64,000 bases of DNA from Eledone cirrhosa (taxonomy: Eukaryota), in NCBI GenBank assembly GCA_964016885.1, contig OZ024749.1, forward strand, positions 47,678,001-47,742,000, given 5' to 3'. This document shows, one piece after another, positions 1 through 14,560 of this stretch. The position numbers were made by a program, and so were the translations under genes. Position 1 is the first letter of the stretch. Every line of letters begins with the position of its first letter. The notes beneath the pieces were generated by a model that did no database searches, had not been told where the DNA came from, and was given only the letters and a program-made list of their open reading frames with translations.

Positions 1-30
<30 letters not shown>

Positions 31-33
<3 letters not shown>

Positions 34-223
34 TACAGGTAGGACCCCGACGGCGGAGCTCAAGCCGTTTCGATGGCTAATTCTGGACTCCAGAATTAGC
101 CGTCGAACCGGCTTGAGCTCAGTCCTCAGGGTCCTCCTTGTTCCTATTACCCACTCTACTACCCTAAGTATTGAGTATGTTGGTGCGTTATGGTCCATAT
201 GGTTCTTTACCACATCCCCTTCG

Positions 224-226
<3 letters not shown>
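31..226 (+). mobile_element. Family A short fold-back element in (TA)n, carrying the 3' half of a hammerhead motif
   Basis: Inverted arms AGGACCCCGACGGC..GAGCTCAAGCCGTTTCGA..GCTAATTCTGGA / TCCAGAATTAGCCGTCGAA.CGGCTTGAGCTC, then a ~90 bp unique tail ending TTCGTTA(TA)n. Near-identical copies at 25253, 33037, 45821 and 46792. Confidence 0.85.
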
Positions 227-287
<61 letters not shown>

Positions 288-296
288 TTGTGTGTG

Positions 297-488
297 TAAT
301 AATTGTTTCTACTTTAGGCACAAGGCCAGCAATTACCCAGTGCATTACTGGTACTTTATTTTATCGACCCCGTAAGGATGAAAGGCAAAGTCAACCTCGG
401 CGGGATTTGAACTCAGATCGTAAAGGGACGTAACTATGCTGGAAAGCATGGCGTCCGACCCACTACCGATACTGCCAATCCACCGCCC
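297..488 (-). mobile_element. tRNA-derived SINE (family S1)
   Basis: Minus strand has A-box-like TGGCAGTATCGG, B-box GAGTTCAAATCC, core TTTGCCTTTCATCCTTACGGGGTCGATAAAATAAAGTACC and an ATT tail. Repeated at least 7 times in the window. Confidence 0.85.
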
Positions 489-654
489 TTGTGTGTGTAT
501 TAATGTGAGTATATATATATGATTGTGTGTGTGTATGTATACATATATATATATATACATATATATACACATATACATATATATATGTATGTATATATAT
601 GTATACATATATATATATATATATATACATATATATACTCTTTTCCTGTCCACC

Positions 655-692
655 TTTCGCCTCATGAAGGGTTTATGCTCGAAATGCGCCCC
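655..692 (+). ncRNA. Degenerate hammerhead-like motif
   Basis: CTCATGA-AGGGTTTATGCTC-GAAA-TGCGCC: one core mismatch (CTCATGA for CTGATGA), helix III and cleavage site decayed. Lies just after a TA tract. Confidence 0.35.
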
Positions 693-1758
693 GCCCCCCA
701 ACTCTCAAGCGTGAAACTAATATTAACATTTTGTACTGCCTCTTCGCTCCCTCGTTGTTGTTTTTTTTTTGTTTTCTTTTTAAAAAAAAAAAAATATATA
801 TATATACACGCATACGCACACCCATATATGTATATATATATATATATACATATATGTACCCACTGAAACGGGGAAAGAATGGAGGAGGGGACAGATAGTG
901 GTAAAATTCATACCTATTCGTATATGTGTTTGTGTGTGTTTGCACCCGTGTGTCTGTATTATGAATGTTTTTTAAAAAATGCGTTTCTGACTGTGTCTTT
1001 CCTTTTTACTTGTATTAATTATATATTTTATTTTGTGAATACATTTTAATTAGATTTCTTTGTGTCCACAAAGTATTGTATACATTTTTTTAACCATTTT
1101 TCGCACAACATTTTATTCAATTTTGGTTTATTTATTTTGTGAATAATATTATTTTATTTGTAAATTTTAATTAGTTTTTATTTATTATGTCTCATTTTCT
1201 TTTATTTCATATTATTTTTATTCATTAACTTCCTTTCTTTGCCTTTTTATGACTCGTCTTTTTTTTTTGTTTCATTATTTGTTTTCAATTTCCTTCTATA
1301 AATAATCGTTCTACTTTCATTTCAGTTTGTTTTTAATTCGAAATTTATGTTTATAGTGTTTACGTTTGTAGAATATTAATAAAACAAAATTCAAATATCT
1401 TAGACTCATTCATATTACGGGCTGAACGTTACACTTGATTGAACTAATTATTTTGAAACTTAAAATCTGAGACCTTACTAAGTCAGAAATATGGTTTTAT
1501 TCCTAACAAGTATCTCTTTAAATAATTGGTTAATCATGCATTACGATATGCTGCATTGTTCGCTCTCCACGGTTGAAAAACGAAACATATTTGAGTTGAA
1601 AAGTATTAGAATTCCAAATGTAGTTTGAATCATAGTGACCCTAGGGTATATGGGTTCTTGCTTCAGTTTAAGCTTAATGTATTATGTGTTGCTATTGCAT
1701 ACTCTGTTGAGAAAACGATGGTATAACCTCTCTAGCGTTGTCCTTTATACGCCCCATT

Positions 1759-1950
1759 GGTGGATTGGAAGTAACGGTGGGGGTAGGACACCATATTTTG
1801 ACAGATAGAGTTACGCCCCTTGCCTTTCTGAGTTCAAATGCCGCCGAGGTTAACGTTGCCTTTCATCCTTACGGGGTCGATAAAATAACGTACCGGTAAT
1901 ATACTGAGAAAATTGCTAGTCTTGTGACAAAAGTATAGAAACGATTATTA
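1759..1950 (+). mobile_element. SINE S1 copy
   Basis: CTGAGTTCAAATGCCGCCGAGG..GCCTTTCATCCTTACGGGGTCGATAAAATAA..ATTATTA. Confidence 0.8.
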
Positions 1951-3114
1951 GACTGTATGTTTTAGTCAAAATGTTACGGTAAAGCTTCTATTTATATTTA
2001 AAATCCAAACCCTCATTCGCTGCGTTCCAAACATACTTCATTTTATATTTAGTTTTAATGCAGATAAATAATAATAGAGATACTCAATTTTTAATAAATA
2101 TTAAGAGCGCGACAGGGAAACGCAAATATTTCGATGTTTCCAATGTGTCACATTAAGATCTGATTACACAACTTATTATGCTGTGCATTTTATCCATTTT
2201 TCCGCTGTGTATTTCGTAATGTACCAGTTAAATACCGAGGTCAATGAGTAACTTTCTTCGTTAATGAGTAGCTAGAAATCAATATATGCTATTTCCGAAA
2301 ATGTTTCTAAATCGAATTTAATTTCCTGGTATCGATCTGGATTCTTAACAATATTGATTTCTCACAAAATTCGAAAGTGAAATGTTGAAGAAAATGTGCT
2401 TGAACGTTAATAATATATGCATTTGATTGAATCTGTGTGATGATTGTCTGTGTGAATGTTAATGGTTTCCCAGCCCAGAATGAAACGTTATGTAACTGTT
2501 GATCGAAAATATTTCCTTGGGGATATGTAACATATTACTGTTTCTAGAGAAAATGTCATATATAAAAATGATAATTAATAAAATGATGATGTATCTTAAA
2601 ATTAAACAGTAACCCCGGCATCAATAAATGTTTCCTAACTTTGGCACCTGTAATGATACTAATACGTAATGCATAAATTCTAGAATCATAAATGTCAACG
2701 TCGACCACAAAAGAATACGATGCAGTTCAGGATATATTATTATACGATACTTTAGTGGTTATATATCCTAATAATCGTCTAAATTGGCTTCTAATGATTA
2801 GCCATATCTCAAGCACAGCGGAAATAAATGTACGGTTGTATATAAAATATAATTATATATAAGCATACATATAGTTTTCATTTGTTTATTTAACGTTTCA
2901 TAATATTATGTTCAACCCAGCCTGTTATCATTAATTAATTCTAAATAGAAAAAAGTTGCACAGCATGCAAATAAACTTTAAAATGTAGTTTATTGACAGC
3001 ATTTAAAACGTGCAAATTATTTGAGACATATGTTTCTCGGTGGAGGTATCTGTCTGCTGCTAGTAAAAACAATAATAATAATTTTGAAATACTTATATTT
3101 AGTATTATTATTAC

Positions 3115-3300
3115 GGGATTGGCAGTATCGGTGGAGGGTCGGACGCCATGCTTTCCAGCATAGTTACGTCCCTTTACCATCTGAGTTCAAATGCCGCCGA
3201 TGTTGACTTTGCCTTTTATCTTTACGGGGTCGATAGAATAAAGTACCCGTAATGCACTGGGTAATTGCTGGCCTTGTGCCTAAAGTAGAAACAATTATTA
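3115..3300 (+). mobile_element. SINE S1 copy
   Basis: GGATTGGCAGTATCGG..GAGTTCAAATGCCGCCGA..GGCCTTGTGCCTAAAGTAGAAACAATTATTA. Confidence 0.85.
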
Positions 3301-3312
3301 CGCGGTATTACC

Positions 3313-3366
3313 GAAGATCTGATGTGACCAATTTCTGAAATACTCATGTCTGAGTATATATATTTC
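3313..3366 (+). ncRNA. Degenerate hammerhead-like motif
   Basis: CTGATGT(3319-3325)..GAAA(3337-3340)-TACTCA-tgtc-TGAGTA-TA. Helix III is perfect, but there is one core mismatch and helices I and II are poor. Confidence 0.35.
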
Positions 3367-3650
3367 AACTTTGTATTTTGAAAATTCGGATGCCATAGAA
3401 TCTTTCTTGATTGCCTATCATTACATAGTGTAGCCATTATGGACTGAAATTCTGATGAAACAATTGTTAATACGTGGATTAAATCCTTTTGTAACTGTTT
3501 ACCTTCGTCCTATTTCTCTTTTTTGATTACACTCCTCGTTTGTTCGTGTTTCCACTACACAATTACTACCAACCTGTCGAGTCACCTTAACGTATGTTGA
3601 TAACTTTCCTCACAACTTGTTCTACCAAGCTTTGGAATATTCCTAATTAC

Positions 3651-3737
<87 letters not shown>

Positions 3738-3741
<4 letters not shown>

Positions 3742-3900
3742 GATTCTACAGGACTAGAACTGTTTCATTCTTTAGAAATTCTAAAGAATGAAACAGTTCT
3801 AGTCCTGTAGAATCTCATGTATATTAAAACTGTTATACTCTGCAATGTATTGAGTACCTTACTTACTGTGGTTACCTCCGATTCAACCCGGATTAACGTA
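3738..3900 (+). mobile_element. Fold-back element: perfect 40-bp-arm palindrome plus tail, with the 3' half of a hammerhead motif
   Basis: 3738-3777 is the exact reverse complement of 3779-3818. The right arm reads GAAA-CAGTTCTAGTCCTG-TA-GAATCTC and a unique tail runs into (TA)n at ~3900. A related fragment lies at ~7752-7773. Confidence 0.8.
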
Positions 3901-6639
3901 TATATATATATATATATACCCAACGCGTTTGAAAGATTTAGAAACATTTTCTACGCTAAATCTTTTAAAAGTAATATCTGGATTACTAACCCACCATTGT
4001 GTCTAATTCTGATTAGACTATGCATCAAAGTTCTGTTGCTGATCCTCAGGAATATGGAAATTGAGATTATATTGTGAAAGTTCATGGTTTTGTGATGCTT
4101 TCTGTTTGCATTACATATTTGAGTTCCATTGTTTTTCATCTAAACCACCTTGCCGACAGAAAGTGGCCACATCATGGCTTCCAAATTAATTGTTAATCAT
4201 ATTTCTTTTGGGTACAACTCGAATAAGCATTACTAACAGTTAAAGGACAAATATTCCTGGGCACAGAATGTCTTGAAAACCTATGCTAAATCCCGGCGGC
4301 TACTTGTCATTTCTCACGAGCTGTGCACGTTCAGCATGTTCATATAACATTTTAATACCGAATCTTGAGCTTGATATTAATGGCAGTCACTATGCCTCTG
4401 ACTCTTATATAGGATTACCACATTTCACACATTTGGGATTATCATGGATTCACACAATATCTACAGGCGGTGGCACATTATTTGCGTTAAGTACTGAGCC
4501 AGTTATAAATTTGCCAGGGCTTTAAAAACTGGTCTTCAGTTGATGATGGCTACAGTGATGGATCGGATTCTCCCTTGTTCGCTATTATTTGCATTCCAGC
4601 TAGCAGATTAAGTTATTTCGAAAACCACATTTCTGCCACGGTCGCTTCAGACTCTGTTACTTTATACACAATGAAACATTATAAGATACAGATCCGTTGA
4701 AATTGAAACTAAGTGTATGTCGCTGTAGTAATGAATGCATCTCTGCTTCAGTGTCATTTTCAATTTTCTTTCTTTTTATTGTTGCTCTTGATGATGATTA
4801 TCATGCATTGGTTATAATTGTTGTTGTTGCTGACGCTGTTCATATAGCTCTTTGTCGTTGAATGTGTTATATAGCTGGTTGTTTTTATTTCTGTGTATGG
4901 CTGCATATTTTTGTATTCGAATTGTAAATTATTTTAGAAATATTTATTTCAACATTCAAAATAGAAGCTGAAGTGACAGACAAATGAAACACCTCAATGT
5001 AAGGTGTGAAGGAAACATACAAGTAGAAATCCGATAGTGTTAAAACTTGCGCTCTAACACAATGGGAAGAAATGACCCTACAAGGATAATTCCTGAAATA
5101 TATTATTAGAATTCCAATAAACAAAGTAAAAATTCATCACTTTAGGAGAAACAAGGGATTCATAGCTTAGACTAATCGCATTTGTTCAGTACATAAATTA
5201 AAATAATTCAACCATAAATAGCTAAATATCTGCCGAGAAGCAGGATCTAAAAACTAGCCAGAGGTTACGAACAGGGAGAGAAGAGGTAATTAAGTCTATT
5301 GTTTATTTCCACCCAGGTGTAACTAAAGAAAAATGAATCTACAATCATGAGAGATGTGGCTTTCGTATAGGAGTAATTGTGTAGTGAACAGGAAGCAGCA
5401 CTGACTGAATGTTATATGTAATATATGTACACAGGAATGGCACAAATATACTGACAGGATTTTACTCTCTAGTGCACACATCTACACAGCACGGTATTTC
5501 AATGTTTGGCATTCCCAATCACAAGAGACAATAGATTTCATTTAAAATAATCTCAACAACTGTAATCGTGACGGTGGGCATATGTACTTTTGTAGAGTGT
5601 GGGATATATCTCTAGTCAAAGTCGAAAATCTCTCACAAACTAGGAGGTTCGTCAATCCGGTTTCCGTCTTGATTTTGAAGCGGGAAGTAAAAGACTCCTT
5701 CATGGAGAGGACACCAATCCACTGCAGGGTTAAAGCCTCTGATACTGTTGGTACTCACGTTCAGCTGAGTATACAGGAACACATTCATATGTGTTTTGCT
5801 CACAACCAAGCCCAGCAAACGAATCCAGGATATTATAAGCGTAACTCCAACACCCTCTATCACTAGGCTACGCATTTCCACGTCGGATAAGGCTATATCC
5901 ATATCATTAAACATGCCTTCGATACGGCATGAATCAACATTAAAACTGCACAGCATATACAAAATAGGGATACCATCCATGAAGTCTCATTGATGTCTAA
6001 TATTTGCAGACCTAAAATTACCTTAAACATATCCTGCTTACTAGCTGAATCCCAGACATAGATCATCATTCACTGTGTACTGTTGAACATGAGAATTGAA
6101 ATTCGAAGTCGACCAAATGTTCATTTGAGTTATTATGGTCATCATTTAAGTAAATCATCCTTCTGAATTTATTTTATTTTTATATATTTTAAAAGTCACT
6201 GAAATAATTAAATATATCTATCCGAATAACTCTCTCCTACGCATTATAAATAATGAAGTAGTATCAAGGTTGTTGTTTGACAAGTTAAACAATACAATGA
6301 GTTGTCAATAAAGGCATTATTTAATGTCTTTACAAATCACAACAGCATTAACATAGTCAAGACTAGCAAAAAATACAACTAAAATAACACAACAACTCTC
6401 TTAATAAACAATCGTATAGTTAAAAAATACAAACCATACTAAAATTGAAAGGATCATATAATAGTTCAACAAACATCAGTTTCTGACAGTACTTTAAATT
6501 ATAAATAATGATGTGTAGGACTGGAAAAGAAATAACGAATGTGTGACTTTGGGATTTATAAGAAGATGAATAAAAATAATTGATACTTGCACAATTAACA
6601 TCATCGTCATTACCATCATCAGTAACAGAAACAGCAGCC

Positions 6640-6718
6640 ATTGAAGTAATAGTTGTTGTGGTGGTGGTATTGGAGGCGGTGGTAGTGGAGGCGGTGGTGG
6701 TGGTGGCGGTGGTGGTAA

Positions 6719-6777
<59 letters not shown>

Positions 6778-6795
6778 ATAGTAGTAGTAGTAGTT

Positions 6796-6876
<81 letters not shown>

Positions 6877-6878
6877 AG
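6640..6878. repeat. (GTA)n/(GTG)n trinucleotide microsatellite
   Basis: Direct reading; it produces the poly-T, poly-V and poly-Y ORFs. Confidence 0.95.
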
Positions 6879-7493
6879 ATAACGAATGAAAGGAAGTAAC
6901 AATAGAATTAGACGAGAAAAAACGGGAATAAATACATATATATAACGAATACATAAGAATAATGAAACGAAAGTGGTATTTGTCTCAACTAACTAGACGT
7001 AAAAGAAAGTGAAACCAACGATGCCTTCGACCCTCCAAATTAAAACAAAAACAAAAAAAATTGCGAATAAAAATAGCATATGAAGAAAACTAAATTAATG
7101 GTTAAATACGAAAAAAAATAAGACAATATTATATCGAATCAAACATTTAAAGAATATAACAAAATAGAAAACAATAAAAATAGGTAAAGTGAAAATGAAA
7201 AAGTAGAATAAGTAATGACAAAATGCAATTGAATAAAAAGAAGGACGACAAATCAAAGTTAGACAACGCTAAGTTAATATATTGTTCATAGACTTGACAG
7301 TTAAAATTTATTGCTGAGTGAAATTGGAAAGTAATAGAGATTATGTACTATTTGATGGAAATAGTGATACACGAAGGAATCTGTATATTCTAAAATGGGA
7401 GGTGCAAATTTACGTTAGAGATACAAAGGTATATATATAAATAAATCTATGTATATATGAATGCATATATACGCATGTATATATGCATGTGTA

Positions 7494-7579
<86 letters not shown>

Positions 7580-7604
7580 TATATACATATATATATACAA
7601 TATA

Positions 7605-7732
<128 letters not shown>

Positions 7733-7935
7733 AAATATAGAAGGGCTTCCGCAGGACCAGAACTGTTTCATTCGTGAGAAATCATTTGTATGTATGTATA
7801 AGAATATGTATATACATATATACATATCCCTATACATACATATCTATATGTATATATATATATATAGAGAGAGAGAGATATGTATGTATAAGGATATGTA
7901 TATGTATATGTATATACATATACTTATACATACAT

Positions 7936-8014
<79 letters not shown>

Positions 8015-8044
8015 CATATACATATGCTTATACATACATATATA

Positions 8045-8108
<64 letters not shown>

Positions 8109-8351
8109 GGTTTGTGAGCATGTGTGTGTGTGTGTCATTTATGTGAATGAGTTGAAATAAAGAGGCTAAATGTCTAGAATAAATATCTAAAAGGTGAAAA
8201 TAAATAAGCCGAGTTCCATGTTCATTGAGTTCCAAAACAGATGATAAATTAAGTGATGGTTGTTTAGATTAGCAGAATCTTCGGTCTCAATGCTGTGAAC
8301 GACTGAGAATAATTGATTTTCAATGATAATTTTACTTTAAATTATCACATT

Positions 8352-8560
8352 TTATTTCAGTTTTATATTTTTATAAATTGTAAACAATGTTTTATTGAGG
8401 AAAGAAGTGCGGGTCATGGCCCATCGATTTGACCTCACTCTATTATCAGTTGTTGATGTAATTATCCAAGAACAAGGAAATATAAACGTGTTCAGTACGT
8501 ATGTGTCTATATTGTCCATAAGGCTGGGCGCATTATCCAAAAGAGCAGACATAGAAGTAG
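8352..8560 (-). pseudogene. Highly decayed RTE-like LINE RT C-terminal fragment
   Basis: ..VLNTFIFPCSWIITSTTDNRVRSNRWAMTRTSFLNKTLFTIYKNIKLK resembles the RTE pattern F.YLGS.I....EI.RRIAMAR.AF....L...NISLK. Confidence 0.35.
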
Positions 8561-8967
8561 ATTCAGTCACAATAGTAACGCAGGGAAATAAACAACATAA
8601 TTGACAGCAGCATGAACTCACCTGGAAGAAACTCCCTAACGTCATGAAGTCTGAGTGTAGTGTCGGAATGAGTGAATTAGAAAAACACACTGTGATTTCT
8701 CCCATGTGGGGGTAGATGGAACAAACTCACCTAACACCACTATGCAATATGCATGTATGTGCGTGTGATAAAATGTTGAAGCCTGACGGCCAAGCTGTTA
8801 ACATTCCACCGGCTAGGCAAGATTCACCAATTGTTTCGTGAACAGCTCAGGTCTTTATTCTATAACTATACTGTTCTATCCCAAGTACTCTGCTGAATAA
8901 TGCCATACCTATCTCAAAATGTGTTCCATCCGATACATATATATATATATATATATAGATCTCTCTG

Positions 8968-9173
<206 letters not shown>

Positions 9174-9613
9174 TATGCGTTTGTGTGTGAAATAGTGAAG
9201 AGCGAGAGAGAGACATTACCAATACTTCGACAAACGTAAAGGACAGAATTTGGCACTGATAATCGAAGCAGTGTAGAAAGCCAAATGTCTATCAGATCTC
9301 TGTTGAATTAATAGAGTAATAATTATATACTGTGCCAAGAATGAACAACTTGTCAGTTCCCATTTATTGCAAGAGAAAATAAAAGATCGAATGTGTGGAT
9401 TGGAGAGGGAAGTGAAATATCGTTGTAGAAAGATTGTCTGCTATCTGATTCAGTTATTGTTTGCGTGATAACACAAGACCAGTGCGTTAGATTCTTTGTT
9501 GATCGCGAATTTGGTACACATTTGAACGCAGGATATATTCACATCATATTATCATATCAACTCCTAGTATGATATCTTGCATTGCTATGAACACTGTACA
9601 AAGTAATACTTAT

Positions 9614-9646
<33 letters not shown>

Positions 9647-9649
<3 letters not shown>

Positions 9650-9870
9650 GGAGGTGAGTGTTATTGTAGTACAATAAAGGAATGCAGATATAGGATAAGA
9701 AGATATATGTTGATTTAAAACTGCACTATTCACAAGTGTCTTTTAATCTTCATATCATGTCTTCCTATTTTATCTGATGAAAACACAAATGTTATTGTAT
9801 GATGATATTTGTTTTTGAAATACGCATAATAAAATACATGGAACTTGTTTAACCATCTTTTGATCTTATA
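9647..9870 (+). mobile_element. Family C hammerhead-bearing short element between TA tracts
   Basis: Starts GTAGGAGGTGAGT after (TA)n and ends AACCATCTTTTGATCTTA(TA)n. Second copy at 40070-40297. Confidence 0.75.
9768..9834 (+). ncRNA. Type I hammerhead ribozyme motif (family C)
   Basis: TTTTAT-CTGATGA-AAACACAAAT..ATTTGTTTTT-GAAA-TACGCA-TA-ATAAAA: helix I TTTTAT/ATAAAA, intact core, near-palindromic helix III (TGCGCA in the sister copy), AUA triplet. Confidence 0.7.
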
Positions 9871-10172
9871 TATTATTATATATATATATATATATATACT
9901 ATGTTCGTTTTCTAGTTACCACCTAACCTCTATTAGGAGGCCGAGGGTCTATTTATGATACGAGCTGTATAATATGTCAATAAGTTGCCAACAGCAAATA
10001 AAATTAAAGGATAACACATAAATTATAATTTCTTTGAAGTGGATCGTTACGATCATAAATATTTTTTGGAAGCGAATAAATAAAATATTTAAACATAAAT
10101 CAGGGTGATTAATGTTCATATATCTAGTTTCAAACGTACATTCACAAACACCCGCACACACAGACTCACACA

Positions 10173-10398
<226 letters not shown>

Positions 10399-10429
10399 GA
10401 AGTGGTTACACAACAGTTAGTTCACCATA

Positions 10430-10469
10430 CCGTGAACAATTTTTTCACCTTAGCGGATCTTCAGCTCGT
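10430..10469 (-). ncRNA. Minimal hammerhead motif (family B), mutated copy
   Basis: Reverse complement reads ACGAG-CTGAAGA-TCCGCTAAGGT-GAAA-AAATTG-TT-CACGG. The same tail (GGTGAACTAACTGTTGTGTAACCAC) as the 38737 copy runs into the TA tract. Confidence 0.6.
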
Positions 10470-10861
10470 AATGGACATGGTTATACGGAACAGGAAGAAC
10501 AACCGTACGAACGCGCATGCTCAGAAATTATCACTTCACACAGGCAATACTAAATTACGTGCGAGAGATGTAAGGGAGATAACTGCGAATATCTGAAAGT
10601 CTCTAGTTCATAAGAAAATTAGAATGTTGTTGTAATTCAATCCGGAGATTTGGACTTATGTGAGAGGTGTTTCCGGACAACTTGTGAATAATTCATTTCT
10701 CGTGTTTAGGCAATCACTATTGCGTAATCTCTTTAGAATATTTATTCGTTCGTCAATACATAGTCCACACGAAGGATTGCCCCTTGCATATGGCTTGGAC
10801 TTAGTGATGGCTTTCCATTGAATTGATTAGTCTATACTTGAGTCCTTGAGGGACCATACGT

Positions 10862-11175
10862 AATTAATTTAATTTACTGTTATGTATCTAGATTCATTGT
10901 AGTTTAAATAAAATTGTTATTCCTCACTACTACCCTTATCCCAAAATGTTGCTTTCCTTCGTTTTTAACAACAATATTTAATAACATGTATTCCTTATTT
11001 ATCACATTCCTATGAATTAATATAACTTTACCCCTATAAGTATACCTATCATTTAATTTAATTTCTTGTTATAGATCTAGATTCCTTGTGATATAAATAA
11101 AATTGGTATTTCTCACTAATACCCTTACCTAGAATCTTATTTTCCTTCGTTTTTAACATTATTCTTTAATAACAT
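10862..11175. repeat. Diverged direct duplication (~125 bp units about 190 bp apart)
   Basis: AATTTAATTT..TCTAGATTC..AAATAAAATTG..CTCACTA.TACCCTTA..TTTCCTTCGTTTTTAACA..TTTAATAACAT occurs twice. Confidence 0.75.
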
Positions 11176-11659
11176 CAAATATTCGTGGACCCTTCACAAT
11201 ATCTTGACTTGGCCTCTTTTCCTCCCCAAAGTATTCTTCTTATTCAAAACATAAGTCTGCATTCCTCTACCCCTAAATTAAATTTCTACTACGGCTATTC
11301 TAACATCTTGAACTCTAACTACTTTTCTATTGGTCAATTCAATACCTGTTCCCAAACAGTATTTTATATTAAATCTTTGTTGGTTTTTTTTCAATAAACA
11401 CATCTCATCATTTCTGAAAACGGCTAGTATATGTGAAGGTATGTATATTTCCTCTGATAATTTGTAATATTTTTTACATATATCTATATAATATACATAC
11501 CAACACACATATACATCCTAGAAACGATCGTAAAATCATGATATTTTTAATATAAGGAACTTGACCTTTATTTTTATTTCATTGTTTTTATTAATGTATA
11601 TATATATGTGTGTGTATGTGTGTATGTGTATTAGTATGTGTGTATGTGTGTATGTGTGT

Positions 11660-11696
<37 letters not shown>

Positions 11697-11849
11697 GCCA
11701 GAAGTATAATACTGTTGTCTACAATGTCATGACATTATATTTTTATATTTATATTCAAATTTCGATACAATAGAGGTGTACAATTCAAATACAGTGATAT
11801 GTAGATATATTTACACACACATACACATGTCCCCCCTTCCCCGCTATAC

Positions 11850-11898
<49 letters not shown>

Positions 11899-12039
11899 TT
11901 ATATGCGGTTGCTTACCAGTGTGCGTATGCATTTTCCTCTCTGATGTGTGCTCATATGAAATGATTGATACTAAAGTAACTCATATTTCACAATATCTGT
12001 ATACAGCGGAGGTAGCCACACGTCACACACACGCACACG

Positions 12040-12131
<92 letters not shown>

Positions 12132-12168
12132 TATGTAAGCATAAATATGTGTGTATGTATATGCGTGG

Positions 12169-12212
<44 letters not shown>

Positions 12213-13232
12213 ATGTGTGTGTTTGTATATATATATATATATTGGAGTGTGTGTGTGCGTGTGTGTATATGAAGAAATATGTGTGTGTATGTATGTGTGT
12301 GTATATATATATGTGGGATTGTAAATATATTTATGTGTATATACAGCGCTTCACTCATATATGTATGAACACACTCACACTATAGAAGCGTTGAATTATT
12401 CCAGGCATACTAAAACGCATACACGCAAAGAATAAGATATACAATTATTTCCCTTGACTTCTGGCAATTTTGGTCAAAACGAACCACTGGAAAGAAGCAA
12501 GTAGATGTCTATCTTGGCACTGAATGATTCTAATTATGATGCTGAACGCTTCGCTTGCTGTGTTTCCAATAAAACTTAGCATCATTTGACTTCTCTCTGT
12601 CTTATATTTCATAGACTTGTTTTAATACATATAACTTCCAGATCAGTAGTATAAAACGAAAATAATAATAAAAAATGAATAAATACTTATATTCATGTAT
12701 ATGCATATATTTTACCATTTTTGGCTTGTTATTCTATGTATCGATTTATCAGTACACATACATCATAGTTCTCTTCTGTATACTTTGAAATGATGTTACT
12801 ATACACACATATACACATATACACATATACATACGTAAACATACGCACACACATACATATAAATGCGCATATGAGTCTGTGTTTTGTTTGAATATGTATG
12901 TGGGTGCTTGTGTGAATATGTATGTGTGAATGGGTGTATATGACAATCTGCTAATGTCCACCCACAACGATGGTTGCTTGTAATCAATAGTTAAGAAAAC
13001 AAAAATAAGGTATTAAAGCTTACATGAAGGATTTACTCCACTTCCATGCATGACTGAGCCATATATATTTGCCAATATAAGCAAAGCGAATGGTCACCCA
13101 CTCAACAATGTGTCTATAGACTACTTGCTTTTATTCCGAAATATCAAGGACCAATTAAAAAACACCAACTATCACCGCGTTCCTCCGTTTCAAACGAGGT
13201 AGGACTCTAGAAATATGCAATATATATATATG

Positions 13233-13288
<56 letters not shown>

Positions 13289-14324
13289 TGTGTGTGTGTA
13301 TGTGTATGTGTGTGTGTTTGTATATGTGTTTGAGCGTACAAAGTGGTATGCGCTTATAGAACTATCGAATCGTTGAGAAGAAATACATTTCTAAGAAAGT
13401 GCAAGAATATCAATAACTCTAAACAGAGAAGCTTCCCATTAATATCAGGGCGGAGATCCGGGTAAAATGTAAATATGTAAACGGAAAAATAAGTATTTGG
13501 TTGCTGTGTATAACGATTGGGATAAGAAGTATCATTCAAATATCTGCGTCTATATTTCAGCGAATCTGATCCTCTAAGGATATCTCTTGCACAATGAGGT
13601 TACATATAAGTCTCATTTGATTGATACATTATATCATAATGACATATATACGACGTAAAACATGGAGAAACTCACATTAGTACCAAGGCTAAGAGGTGAA
13701 AAATCACTGAACTATTCAGCCCACGTTAGATTGGACGATTAAATATTTGAATCTTTGGATATAAATAAACTATATGCGTTCGTTTCCCGAGCTGAGTCCA
13801 GAAACTTCGGATAGTATATCAAGTTAATGTTTTGGACAACACATGAAGCAAACTTGATTTTAGACTACGTAATTTTATTGACATGTCTATATATATGAAT
13901 AACCTATTATTTGAGTGGGTTTATACGGAAAATGTTATACCATTAATATGGGTATAACTATGGTGATAGCGGCCACAAAAAAAGGACACATCACCAGTCA
14001 CTAGTTTGTCCTACACGAGAAGTTGCGTATGTACTCTGAGAAATCCATCGATATGCGTTCAATATGGAACAACGACTGGCAAAAATAACATCTTTTAATT
14101 TGTTGTTGGCTGTGGTGAAGCAAATCATGAGTCATCATGGTGCTTTAACAGTGTTATATTGACTGTGTTGCCGATAATTGCAGCTGGAAGCTATATGTCT
14201 GGAAAATGCCCATTCCAATGAAAACAATATTCGGGAACCCATTATTGTGCATGTATGAATTCTACAACGATGTAGGTCAGTCTATCGCAAAAAATGTGGT
14301 TCGTTAAGAGAGACCTTAATAGAG

Positions 14325-14560
14325 AGTAGAGTCCCGGAAAGAATATATCAGGTAGACAAGTATATCGAGATGCTCTCCCAGACATCCCATCAATTATGAA
14401 AGTAAGTACACCCCATAAATATGATAACCAAACGAACGTAGTACAGTTACTCAGGAATAAATCTAATGCTGGTCACGTAGAGTGACATTTCGATGTCATA
14501 TACAAATGTGCGGAGAAAGACTATATGCTGTTTAATACCGGAAGATTTCAGGTACACAAC
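14325..14560 (+). pseudogene. Highly decayed CR1/L2-type LINE RT fragment
   Basis: SRVPE (cf. SGVPQG), ALPDIPS and DVIYKCAEKDYMLFNTGRFQV (cf. D.IY.WA..N.M.FN..KFQ) occur in the expected order, with frameshifts. Confidence 0.4.

Noticed and set aside
113-433. Recurring peptide [26 protein letters not shown] (also at 33144, 45709, 46645)
   Set aside because: It is the family A repeat read from a TTG start into TA tracts; the similarity is explained at the DNA level.
400-488. tRNA gene suggested by A/B boxes
   Set aside because: No cloverleaf; these are the heads of SINE copies.
3445-3475. CTGATGAAACAATTGTT hammerhead-like string
   Set aside because: CTGATGA and GAAA overlap, with no helix II or helix I.
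4283-4680. Possible gag zinc knuckle (PKCVKCG on the minus strand)
   Set aside because: A single short motif surrounded by stops; not supportable.
5582-5993. Overlapping non-repetitive ORFs, possibly a decayed LINE or an exon
   Set aside because: No diagnostic motif or convincing splice sites; a BLASTX search is needed.
6420-6902. Mucin-like poly-Thr ORF
   Set aside because: It is a (TAC)n microsatellite without exon context.
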